A DNA stretch of 60,583 nt, the filler included, from Stramenopiles sp. TOSAG23-2 (lineage: Eukaryota): the NCBI GenBank assembly GCA_900128395.1. It is 12 parts of 12 records of this genome, joined end to end, with 100 filler letters (N's around TTAATTAATTAA, not from the genome) between each part and the next. Parts side by side here need not be neighbours in the genome. Positions count along the whole stretch, not along the records: positions 10,480 to 16,678 come from LT650503.1; positions 16,779 to 22,972 come from LT650504.1; positions 23,073 to 29,255 come from LT650505.1; 9 more parts are not named here. One strand, given 5' to 3'. The notes below the pieces were generated by a model. That model was not told the origin of the DNA. It did not search any database and saw only the letters and a list, made by a program, of their open reading frames with translations. Below, one piece after another: positions 12,245-23,551 of the stretch. The position numbers were made by a program, and so were the translations under genes. Numbering within the stretch: the stretch's first letter is position 1; each line of letters starts with the position of its first letter.

Positions 12245-12375
12245 ACTATGATATACTCTACAACAGTACGATGTATCGTCCATCTTCGATTTCTCACAAA
12301 ATATGACCTTAGCTCCCATAATAGGAATTACCGACGACGTAAATAGATGCTATCAACTGTTGTTGATGAAAAATG
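12245..12375 (-). repeat. Repeat family 1, diverged copy C (3' UTR of the RLE fragment)
   Basis: TCTCACAAAATATG...AGGAATTACCGACGACGTAAATAGATGCTATCAAC...GATGAAAAAT aligns with 13021-13106. Confidence 0.7.
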
Positions 12376-12446
12376 GGCATTATACGAAGGTGGAGAATAA
12401 ATTGTACCAGGGTATAATTCATTGTAAGCCTCGCCAAAAGCACATT

Positions 12447-12902
12447 TTATGCATAACGATTAGTATAGGCGCACGTCTTAATAACCGCTGTTTGAATGTC
12501 TCTACATGTAGTATTAACCCAATTCGATGCAGTAAGCTCCCTGGATTCTTTCAAACCTGGAGTCTTCTCAGATTTCACTTTTGCAAGTGATTTTAAGAAA
12601 ATGATCGCAACAGAACAGAAGATTCCTAATGTTTCAACAGCAAAGGAACTATTTTTGAACCGGCATCTTTTGTACTTTTGTAATTTGATTTTAGTTGCGC
12701 TGAATATCTGGTTGTCAACGATAGCCCGACTCAACAATAGGTTTTGACAGCAGACTATATTATCATTTACAAGATATTTTTTTAAGTTTCGGTATTTATA
12801 TTTTTTTCTGTTGTCGATTGGTGCAGTGGATATCGAAATATCAGTAACTCCATTTCTTGGATTGAGTATTGGGCGCTTAGTATTTACAAGGTGATTAAAC
12901 AT
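12447..12902 (-). mobile_element. Restriction-like endonuclease (RLE) C-terminal fragment of a CRE-like non-LTR retrotransposon
   Basis: TDISI...YLVNDNIV...SATKIKLQKY...FAVETLG...AIIFLKSLA matches the PD...D...KxxKY...F.P.AxETxG layout of RLE-clade elements. It is followed at 12375-12245 by a diverged family-1 repeat in the 3'-UTR position. Confidence 0.72.
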
Positions 12903-12924
12903 TAATAAATATATTAATATTTAT

Positions 12925-13566
12925 AAAGTACGCTATTTTATTTTTTTATTTCAATGCATACCCATGACAATTCCTTACTCTCAAGAGAATACTAGTGCTT
13001 GAGCCAATATTTAATATCTATCTCACAATTATGTGTCAATAACTCCTATAACAGGAATTACCGATAAGGTAAATAGATGTTATCAACCCTTCTGCCGATG
13101 AAAAATATCGAATTTGTTTCATCAGCATAAAAGTTATATATATATGTTTACCTTCATTGGTATTCTTTTTTTTGAGAATATCAACACCCTAGTGTGAGAT
13201 AGACGTTAGTTATTGTATTCTTTTGAAGAGTAAGAATTATCTTGAGTAAATTAAAAAATAAATTATGCGTATTTTAATTTTTTATTTCTACCCATGACAA
13301 TTCCTAATCTCAAAAGAATAATAGTGTTTGAGCCAAAATATATTATATAGTAAAGTACGCATATTTAAATTTTTTATTTCTACTCATGACAATTCCTACT
13401 CTCAAAAGAATAATAGTGTTTGAGCCAATATTAATATCTAATGTCTATCTCACACTAGGCACATATATATAATTTAATTTACGCATAATTTATTTTTTAA
13501 TTTACTCATGATAATTCTTACTCTTCAAAAGAATACAATAACTGAGGCAATAATATCTATCTCACT
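12925..13566. repeat. Cluster of five family-1 copies in both orientations
   Basis: Copies at ~12925-13125 (-), 13147-13271 (+), 13272-13340 (-), 13351-13462 (-) and 13470-13566 (-). All share a CATGA.AATTC.TA.TCT.CAA.AGAATA-like core; lengths vary at one end only. Confidence 0.88.
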
Positions 13567-13643
13567 AAACTGAAAAATGGACAATGAATCGTAACATTGC
13601 GATAGAGTTCATCGTAATCCACAGAGTGTGCCAATATATATAT

Positions 13644-14060
13644 TTAATAATGAGGCTGGAGCTGTTTCACTGCAGCTAAAACAATCTCTTTGTCATTCTT
13701 TAATTTTTCAGAGACATATTTAAGAAAAGAACCATCCTGTTTCACTGCAGCTAAAACAAATTCCCTATCATTCTTTAATTCTTCAGAGACATATTTAAGA
13801 GCAGAACTTTTCTGTTTCACCGCAGCTGAAACAATCTCTTTATCATTCTTCAATTCTTCAGAGACATATGCAAGAGCATGACCATTCTCATTCACCGCAG
13901 CTAAAACAATATCTTTCTCATTCTTTAATTCATCAGAGACATATTTAAGAGCAGAACCACACTGTTTCAATGCAGCTAAAACAATCTCTTTATCATTCTT
14001 CAATTCTTCAGAGACATATGCAAGAGCAGAACCATTCTGTTTCACCGCAGCTAAAACAAT
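13644..14060 (-). CDS. C-terminal five DUF4116-type repeats, probably the inverted 3' end of the 14062-16678 gene
   Basis: Same 75-nt repeat unit. The last 55 nt of the contig (16624-16678) equal the reverse complement of ~13975-14029. Carries the stop (KQLQPHY*). Confidence 0.7.
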   Translation of the reverse strand: MVLAAVKQNGSALAYVSEELKNDKEIVLAALKQCGSALKYVSDELKNEKDIVLAAVNENGHALAYVSEELKNDKEIVSAAVKQKSSALKYVSEELKNDREFVLAAVKQDGSFLKYVSEKLKNDKEIVLAAVKQLQPHY

Positions 14061-14061
14061 C

Positions 14062-16678
14062 AGTCAAGTCATCAAAGCCTCGCCGGATATACCTACCAAC
14101 CAAAATGTTTCGTGGAATGTTTCCGTTCTTGACAAAGACCCAAAGGTATTATGTATCATATCCGATAATATTGACGTATACAAAGCAATTGAAAATTGGA
14201 CGACACTTAAAGATGGGAGCAAGTTCACTCCCGTTGGAGTAAACTACTCTATCGCGGGAGGTCATAAAAAATATGTTACTAAAACGGACTTAGAGGCTTG
14301 GATCAAAAACGGGGGGAGTATTCCAAAAGAATATTTGGGTATAAAAATGAACAAAGAATTAGTAGGCGATACGTTAGCATGTCGCGTCCTAGGAACACCA
14401 ATAATACTTTATACTCAGTTAACACTCAAGAAAAAGAGGAAACGCCAGGATGATTTCGTGAGAGAAACGGTAAAACGCGTGAATAATTTCACACCGGAGG
14501 AATTCAATGGTTTCCGCGATATATGGTACGATTATATTAGAAAACTTGAACACAAGAGCCTTGCTGGAGTCTCCGTCGTTTTATCAACCTTGATATACTT
14601 CTTCTGTGGAAATATCAACGACAACATTCTTTCTGGAAATAATAATAGTAGTAATATCAATAGTAACAATACAAGGTATGGATATAGATCATTATTACGC
14701 GGCAATTCTAACAAAACATCAAAAATGTTACACGTCTTGGATAATCATAACTTTGATGCATCATCCAGAACTATGTTGTTGAGGAGAAGACAAGTAACCG
14801 AGACACATATGAATATTGAATTTGCACAAAGTTTGATGTGTTTGTTTGGTTTTCTACTTGTTTGTATAGTAACATTTATTTATGTGGGTTTTAAATCAAC
14901 CGATTTCCAGAAATCCGACAATGTAAACTTAGACGAAGACGCTCTTAAATATGTCTCTGATGAATTGAAGAATGATAAGGAGATTGTTTTAGCTGCAGTG
15001 GAACAGGAGACTGGCAAATCTGCCCCCGGTGAAATTGCCGTGAAACAGAATGCTCTTCAATGCGACACCGAGAAAGCCGATGGTTATAGAGAAGAAAACG
15101 GAGATGTAGAGAAGACAATTGGTAGGAATATTGATTCCATAATTCGTAAACGTATACGTACCTCCAATGACTTGAAGAAACAAAAGAAGGCTGCTTTAGC
15201 TAAGATAAAAAAGGATGCTAGTGCTTTTGAAGGTGTAAATGAGGACTTGAAAAAAGATAAGAAGTTTGTTTTAGCGGCAGTAAAAGGGAATACTGATGTT
15301 CTCAGTTATGTCGTCTCAGAGGACTTGAAAAATGATAATCAGTTTGTTTTAACTGCAGTGAACAAGACGAATGTTGCCGCTGTTATGATGTGGGCCTCAA
15401 ACAAGTTGAAGGCTGATAGAAAGTTTGCATTAGCTGCAGTGAAACGGCATAGTTATGCTCTTGAATATGTCTCTGATAAATTAAAGAATGATAGGGAATT
15501 TGTTTTAGCTGCAGTGAGACGGCATGGTTCTGCTCTTAAATATGTCTCTGAAGAATTAAAGAATGATAGGGAATTTGTTTTAGCTGCGGTGAAACAGCAT
15601 AGTTCTGCTCTTAAATATGTCTCTGATAAATTAAAGAATGAGAAAGAGATTGTTTTAGCTGCAGTGAAAAAGAATGGTTTTGCTCTTAAATATGTCTCTG
15701 AAGAATTGAAGAATTATAAAGAGATTGTTTTAGCTGCGGTGAATGAGAATGGCGCCAATGCTCTTAATGCTCTTCACTATCTCTCTGATGAATTAAAGAA
15801 TGATAGGGAATTTGTTTTAGCTGCGGCGAAACAGCATAGTTATGCTCTTGAATATGCCTCTGATGAATTGAAGAATGATAGGGAATTTGTTTTAGCTGCA
15901 GTGAGACGGCATGGTTCTTTTCTTAAATATGTCTCTGATGAATTGAAGAATGATAAAGAGATTGTTTTAGCTGCATTGAAACAGGGAGTGTTTCTGGATG
16001 GTTGTTCTCTTGAATATGTCTCTGATGAATTAAAGAATGATAAGGAGATTGTTTTAGCTGCAGTGAGACAGGGTAGTTCTGCTCTTGAATATGTCTCTGA
16101 TAAATTGATGAATGATAGGGAATTTGTTTTAGCTGCGGTGAAACAGAATGCGAATGCTCTTGAATATGTCTCTGAAGAATTGAAGAATGATAAAGAGATT
16201 GTTTTAGCTGCGGTGAATGAGAATGGCATGCTCTTATGCTCTTGAATATCTCTCTGATGAATTAAAGAATGATAGGGAATTTGTTTTAGCTGCGGCGAAA
16301 CAGCATAGTTATGCTCTTGAATATGCCTCTGATGAATTGAAGAATGATAGGGAATTTGTTTTAGCTGCAGTGAGACGGCATGGTTCTTTTCTTAAATATG
16401 TCTCTGATGAATTGAAGAATGATAAAGAGATTGTTTTAGCTGCATTGAAACAGGGAGTGTTTCTGGATGGTTATTCTCTTGAATATGTCTCTGATGAATT
16501 AAAGAATGATAAGGAGATTGTTTTAGCTGCAGTGAGACAGCATAGTTATGCTCTTGAATATGTCTCTGATAAATTAAAGAATGAGAAAGAGATTGTTTTA
16601 GCTGTGGTGAAACAGAATGCTCTTGCTCTTGCATATGTCTCTGAAGAATTGAAGAATGATAAAGAGATTGTTTTAGCT
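14062..16678 (+). CDS. Membrane-anchored DUF4116-repeat protein (both ends partial; frameshift at ~16230)
   Basis: 25-aa repeats ALxYVSxxLKNDxExVLAAV (16 homogeneous plus ~4 degenerate). Hydrophobic segments LAGVSVVLSTLIYFFC and LMCLFGFLLVCIVTFIYVGF. The frame is open from 14062 (SQVIKASPDIP...). Confidence 0.8.
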
Positions 16679-17219
16679 NNNNNNNNNNNNNNNNNNNNNN
16701 NNNNNNNNNNNNNNNNNNNNNNTTAATTAATTAANNNNNNNNNNNNNNNNNNNNNNNNNNNNNNNNNNNNNNNNNNNNTGGGCATACAGGGGTAGAGAGT
16801 AAAAGACAACACAATGTTATTTTACGAGAATAAAAATTTTAAATATCATACATATCATAATTCGTGTAATGATATTTTAAAAAGCAGTATGCCATATATG
16901 CATACATAAAATGAAAATTAAAAAAAATGTATTTTTTTCCTTCTTTGATATTTGTGAAAATATAAATATTCATACTCTGGGTTCGTAATATATTACCCTG
17001 TGTATAATATAATATATATTACGAGTATATATAAAATTTTTACTTTTATAAAAATCATTTTTGATTTGAGATGTTAATATGAACGGGAGTAAAAGAAATT
17101 TATACGAATATTCGTATAATATATGAGTAAGAGAACATTTTATATAAAATTGAATTTTTACTAAAATTAAGAAAACAAGAGGGGGGAGTTTTATAAAATT
17201 TATACTTTCGTAAAAAACT

Positions 17220-17461
17220 TTAATTACCACATTGAATACCATCGCCACTGCATGTCCAGCCCCACCTTTCACCTCTTGCAGCTTCGCAAGCAGCTCTCAT
17301 ACCCGCATATGTTGGAACGCATTTTCCATTTCGTAACGCAGTGTTCCAGCTGGTAAAACTAATATACCAATTTCAATAGGTTCCGCACGTTCTTCTTCTA
17401 ACGCTTCAATCGTTGATTGTTTTAACCTTTTCGCCGGTGGTTCAGTAGTTAATGACGCCAT
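17220..17461 (-). CDS. Small hypothetical protein (~80 aa) with one apparent frameshift
   Basis: ATG at 17461, MASLTTEPPAKRLKQ (NLS-like). After ~17342 the coding-like frame shifts to ALRNGKCVPTYAGMRAACEAARGERWGWTCSGDGIQCGN*. Confidence 0.4.
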
Positions 17462-17891
17462 GTTTAATATGTATATATATATATATATATGTTTCTTGTT
17501 CTCTTTGTTTCTAGTTCAATATATATATCCTATACTTTTCCACATGTGTACATTCTTGTGCCTTAGTTAAATTTTTATTCATTCAAAAAATAATAAATAT
17601 TGAAGTCAAATTTAGTACAAGTGATATGATTTGTATATTAATAAGTAATAGAAAAGGGGAAATATCCCTATATCAGCCTAAAATATGCCATTATTCAAAT
17701 ATTCGATCCTCGATCCCTCTCTCTACGATATATATGTAGATAGAATAGATATAGAATATTATATAGAGGGTTAGACAAATAGAAATTACAAGATATATCA
17801 TAAAACATAAATTAATATATATATAAATCTATATCACTACAATAAAATTCACCAATAACAACAATATTACCCGAAAAAAAAATCACAGAAT

Positions 17892-18910
17892 ATGCTTCGT
17901 AATGTAACACGACCAAAAGCAGTTGCTTTTGATTTAGATGGAACATTGGTAACTTTATCCAATATTATAACACCACGTACATTAAAAGCCGTAATGTAAC
18001 ACGACCAAAAGCAGTTGCTTTTGATTTAGATGGAACATTGGTAACTTTATCCAATATTATAACACCACGTACATTAAAAGCCATTAAACAATTTGCAGCG
18101 ACTGGTGGAACAGTAGTCATAGCAACCGGTAGGCCTGCATTTAGAACAACTGATGTTGCTGATAAGTTTTTAGATGGTATTTGTGAGTATTGCGTATGTG
18201 AAGATGGTGCATATGTGGTTAAAAAAATAAATAATGCATGGATTCCAATTAATAGCCGCTCTGTCTTACCAGAATATATTTTTCCATATTTAAAAAAAGT
18301 AAAACAAGTATTTCCAGATGCTGAAATTGGTGTGAAAACACGTTCCACGGATATCAATTCATTATGTGTATCTTCAATGAATTACATTGATGTGATGGAA
18401 ACACGAACTGATCAAGGTGATTTTGCTAGACGTGCAGCACGTATGCCAATCCCTAATAATTTTGATGAATTTTTAACTAGTATCCGTCCAATCGATGAAA
18501 TACAATTTGCTCGTATCATACATCCATCGGCATCTGCGAAAGAATTGCTAACTGTATTGGAACCAATGCATCTAGAATTAGAAGGTCATCAAGAAAAAGA
18601 ATCAAATTATAATTTAGTTGTTCAAGAAAGTACCGTATTGGGTGTATTAATTTCAAGTCCAGAACAAGATAAATCATTTGGATTGTCACATATATGTTCA
18701 GAATTAAATTTAACTTCCGATGATTTTTGTGTTTTTGGAGATGGTGGAAATGACTTGGGTATGTTTGCTTGGGCCAAGCAAGGCGTTTGTCCTTCAAATG
18801 GACAGATTGGTTTGAAAAATACAGCTTCATATATATCTAAAAAATCACATCATGAAGATTTCATAGCCGAAGTATTAGAATCATGGGACATAACGACAAG
18901 CAAACTGTAA
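17892..18910 (+). CDS. Cof-type HAD-superfamily hydrolase with PTS1 (SKL); start disrupted by a 92-bp tandem duplication
   Basis: Removing one copy of 17899-17990/17991-18082 gives MLRNVTRPKAVAFDLDGTL (HAD motif I). Also IATGR, DKSFGL and FGDGGNDLGM. Confidence 0.88.
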
Positions 18911-18945
18911 ACTGTAAAAAATAAAAATAAGTAAAATCGACGGTG

Positions 18946-19180
18946 TGGAACATAAGCATCATATGTGCGTGTGTGTAAAATATTATTGGGGTTAAATGCA
19001 TTGTGACTTACACACACACAGTAATATATTTATGTACACATCATGTGTACATTTTTTTCTAACTTGGAACGTAAGCATCATATGTGCGTGTGTGTAAAAT
19101 ATTATTGGAGTTATGCATTTTGTGATTTGCACACACACTGTATTATACGCACATACGCTTCGTACATATTTTTTTCAACT
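18946..19180. repeat. Imperfect ~119-bp tandem duplication
   Basis: TGGAAC(A/G)TAAGCATCATATGTGCGTGTGTGTAAAATATTATTGG recurs at ~18946 and ~19065, with substitutions and indels downstream. Confidence 0.8.
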
Positions 19181-19608
19181 TCGTATCATACACGACAGAC
19201 AAAAGACATGAGATTTTAAATGGGGCGAGACACATTTTTAATTTTTCTCGAGCGAGCAAAATTAAAAATAAAAGTTACACACACACACACACAATCTAAA
19301 TCTAGCGTTCTTTAATAAATTTTTTTTTATTCGTACTAAACACTCCTTTTATCATAATAAAAAAACACACCACACTCTTTTTGTGCTAAAATATCAAAAA
19401 CTATTCATGTACAATGTTAAGACACCTGCAATACTTAAAACACATCCGATGATAACACGAATTGTTAGGGGCGAGACACATTTTTAATTTTTCTCGAGCG
19501 AGCAAAATTAAAAATAAAAGTTTACACACACACAATCTAGCGTTTTAAATTCATACACTCCTTTTTTTACTAAAAAAACACACCGCGCACTCTTTTTGTG
19601 CTAAAATA

Positions 19609-21205
19609 TCAAAAACTATTCATATACAATGTTAAGACACCTGCAATACTTAAAACACATCCGATGATAACACGAATTGTTATTTTTTCTTACAATGTTA
19701 AGACACCTGCAATACTTAAAACACATCCGATGATAACACGAATTGTTATTTTTTCTTTTTTACAAATTCGGACAACAAAAACAGAATATACTGGGCCTAA
19801 GCTTGCTAATGTCATACAGATTGGAAGTTCAACATAGAAATACGAATAAACGGTCAAAAATGGACACATGAATGTAACACAAAATATTCCAAAAAATACT
19901 AATACCCATTCTTTCGATGTTAAAATTGGGAATTGAAATAATCTTATTGCTCCTTGATTATTTATCGGGAGACATTTGCGTACAAGTATCCCACATAATC
20001 CCATACTATATCCAGCGAATCCAAATCGTATAAAATTTATTTCAAAACTTGACAAACTTCTGCCATATGATTTTATAAAAATTGCACCAATAACATCTAA
20101 GAAAATATTAATTATTGCTCTGCATGTATATTATTGTATTCAAATTCTATTGTTAATATTATTACATGTATCGATTTATATATCAGCAATATAGGAGATG
20201 CAGCTACTATGAGTTTTAATACTTACAATATATATCCTTTCCTCAATTTACTGGTGGTACTTTCATTACTGCTAATATTATCATTATCACCGCCGATGTC
20301 TCCTTCATTAATTACGATATCTTTTGCCTTTATTATATTTGTTTTCTCATTATTATTATTTTCACACTCAATACTATGAGTTTTAATACTTACAATATAT
20401 ATCCTTTCCTCAATTTACTGGTGGTACTTTCATTACTGCTAATATTATCATTATCACCGCCGATGTCTCCTTCATTAATTACGATATCTTTTGCCTTTAT
20501 TATATTTGTTTTCTCATTATTATTATTTTCACACTCAATACTCTCAGTATCTAAATTTTTAACAGTGTTTAATTCTTTTTCATCATCATTTTCAAGATCT
20601 TCAGTTTTTTCTAATGAAACAATTAATACACCGCTCATAGTAATAAAAATAGCAACAATTTGTATAATTGCTAAATTTTCTTGTAAAAATATTGCTGCTA
20701 ATATTGTAGCTAAAAATGGTTTTAATGCATCTACAAAAACTACTCTTTTCGTGTCAAGATCTTCAGTTTTTTCTAATGAAACAATTAATACACCGCTCAT
20801 AGTAATAAAAATAGCAACAATTTGTATAATTGCTAAATTTTCTTGTAAAAATATTGCTGCTAATATTGTAGCTAAAAATGGTTTTAATGCATCTACAAAA
20901 ACTACTCTTTTCGTGCCAATTAGAGCTAATGCGCGCAGCCACGTATTATCACCAATGATTATGCCGATTAGAGAAGATATCAAAAGCATAAATAAGTTAA
21001 AGGAATTCGTATTGAAAAATGGATTTGTTTGAAAAACGAAACTTTGAAAAATAGCAACCAAAATAAATAACATAGCAGCAACAGATGATTTGGTTATATT
21101 CAGCATAATTGCAGAAGCCGTCCATATTTTATCCCATAAAACAAATCCAATAATAAGTATTAACGGTGCAAACGTTGCTGCAAGGATTCCATCTACAAAT
21201 CCCAT
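19609..21205 (-). CDS. EamA/DMT-superfamily transporter (two exons, disrupted by tandem duplications)
   Basis: Start MGFVDG at 21205; EamA-like GIIIGDNTWLRAL...LKPFLATILAAIFLQE; second half SLGPVYS...KEKIT...GCVLSIAGV. Duplications ~20590-20915 (in-frame), 20206-20540 and 19222-19750. Likely true C-terminus VLTLYMNSF*. Confidence 0.8.
20120..20226 (-). other. Spliceosomal GT-AG intron (107 nt)
   Basis: GTAAGT donor at 20226 and TGCAG acceptor at 20120. Splicing joins LRKGYI to LAIINIFLDVIGAIFIKSYGRSLSSFEINF, in frame with ORF 19690-20055. Confidence 0.85.
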
Positions 21206-21758
21206 TTTTTTATTAAAAGATATAATTGAATTGTATGAGTGAGTGTGTGCCACGTCACAAATCTTATACTTGGTATCAAGATCAGTATATATATATATAT
21301 ATATTTTTTTATTAAAAGATATAATTGAATTGTATGAGTGAGTGTGTGCCACGTCACAAATCTTATACTTGGTATCAAGATCAGTATATATATATATATA
21401 TATACTACTATATGCTCCCATCATGTTGTATTTCTATTATTTTTTGGTCATTAATATATATGTGATGTGTGAAGAGATGAACCAAATGAATACGGTCACA
21501 TCATTCTTGATGTACAAGGCATATACCTTAAATTTTCTGCTAGATAGGGGCCAATTTGCCTATTATATTTTATTTTTTTACAAACAACAGTTTCACGCGG
21601 CGCGCATCACACCTGAATTGGTGTGCATACAATATATACATATACTTGACACATGCACAACAACAACAACATTTTATATATGCAAACATATATATACATA
21701 TATATGTACGGAATAAAAAGCAATAAAATAAAAAGAAGACGTACGATATCAAATCATC

Positions 21759-22070
21759 ATGTCGGATCCGTTAACTCATGTACGAAGAAAATTAGCAATA
21801 GTAACGAAAGATAAAGATGTATTAAACTTTTTTGATGATGAAATTATACATGCTATACAGAAAAGGGAACAATCTTATATAAATCGAATGACGAAAATAT
21901 TTACTTCGCAATTTAAATCGAAATATGCATCTTTGATAAATAAATTAAAAATGTCTGATGAACGTGTTATAGCCATGGATCAACGTATGGAAATTTTACG
22001 TTCACAACTTGAAAGAAGAAAATTGCAAGCGGATCAAATTCATCATGAGACATGGTTTAGAATGAAATGA
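21759..22070 (+). CDS. Hypothetical coiled-coil protein
   Basis: ATG-initiated 103-aa ORF with coding-like composition, flanked by AT-rich spacers. Confidence 0.55.
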   Translation: MSDPLTHVRRKLAIVTKDKDVLNFFDDEIIHAIQKREQSYINRMTKIFTSQFKSKYASLINKLKMSDERVIAMDQRMEILRSQLERRKLQADQIHHETWFRMK

Positions 22071-23551
22071 TTATTTTTATTTATGTAATGCCAGTTGTAG
22101 GGTCAATATTGATGTATTGGTAGAGAGGGTGTGTAGTTGATTGCAAATGAATACAGGATGACAGTGTGTATATGTGTATGTCTAGATATGTTAATATATA
22201 TATATATGTATATTTCATATTTCATATTTCATTAAATTTGCACCGTTGTTATTTATTAAAAAAAATAATAATAGTGCTAACAAGTGGTACTTTTTCATCA
22301 CATACTTATAACTGGGAAATCTGCACTATAACTAAGCCAGCACGACAATGCTGTGTTTATGCTAATCAACCCTGATTAGAACATGAAAATAACTTTGCCC
22401 CTTCACGGCGTGGCCAAAACATTCAAATTTAGACATAGGAGTTTTGGTGTACTTCCACTGGAAAAGTAGTAGTCTTTTATGGTTTTTCATTTGGGAAATG
22501 GGCATCCCAAAAGCGCATCTTGTGAATACCTTGTAAATGAGCGGCGGATCTCAAAATTAAAAACGTTGGGTTGGTGATTTAGTATGGGAATAGCAGGTGT
22601 TATAATTTAATGCTGTGTATATATTATTGCGATAGACATACTTAAATTACTAACCTGATAGGATAAATTAACCATAGTCTTTGAATATTAAGTACGAAAT
22701 ATACACACATATCACACATATCATCCTCTATAAAATGTTAAATTCAAATTTGAATAAAATTAATCACTAATATCATTACTTTATATCACTCCAAACAACG
22801 TCTCGTCCTATTCCATACTTGGATGCATATTTGGTATGTGTTTAGTCGTCATTATCAAATAGATATTATGCTTTGTACTTGTTAGTAGTGTTATTGATAG
22901 GAGATAAAATGTTTGACGGTGATTTTATTTATTTTCAATGCTATCCCATGCTAATTCATATAAAGTATGCCANNNNNNNNNNNNNNNNNNNNNNNNNNNN
23001 NNNNNNNNNNNNNNNNTTAATTAATTAANNNNNNNNNNNNNNNNNNNNNNNNNNNNNNNNNNNNNNNNNNNNTTTCAAAGTTAAAATTGCTAAATCACAA
23101 AACCCCCCCTGCGTGTTCATCCCGAATGGATATATAGTTGGTGATGGTGTATTTATATATTTTAATTAATATTATAAGTGGGACTATAAAAAAATAAAAT
23201 TGGTTAATTGTATTCATCATTCACTCTCTGTTTCTTGTTGATAGGCTCATATTCATCATCTGAGCTGTCAAAGTCTGAATTTTCTTCCAATTCTCTTTTC
23301 ACTCCAATTGCCACACTTGTAAATCATCAATTTATTTGATTACAAATTAATGCGTTAAATTAAATTATACCTCTCGCATAACTAGAATGTACGAGCTTCG
23401 TATACTGATAAACCACACACTCAAAAGCTTCATTAGTCCCAACTAGCAGCAATATGCTGTATCATAATACTGGCAGATGATTCATTAGCAGCAAAAGGTG
23501 TTAGAATGTACGAGCTTCGTATACTGATAAACCACACACTCAAAAGCTTCA

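Noticed and set aside
13090-13130. Hammerhead ribozyme (CUGAUGA on the minus strand) in the repeat
   Set aside because: CUGAUGA is one arm of a simple hairpin; no correctly placed GAAA or cleavage triplet, and it is not conserved in copy A.
15420-16678. CRISPR-like repeat-spacer array
   Set aside because: Units are 75-nt in-frame coding repeats with short variable parts that recur; eukaryotic context and no cas genes.
17297-17299. In-frame TGA as selenocysteine or readthrough joining ATG 17461 to ORF 16970-17272
   Set aside because: Codon pattern after ~17342 fits the shifted frame better, the downstream ORF runs into AT-rich spacer, and no SECIS was recognised.
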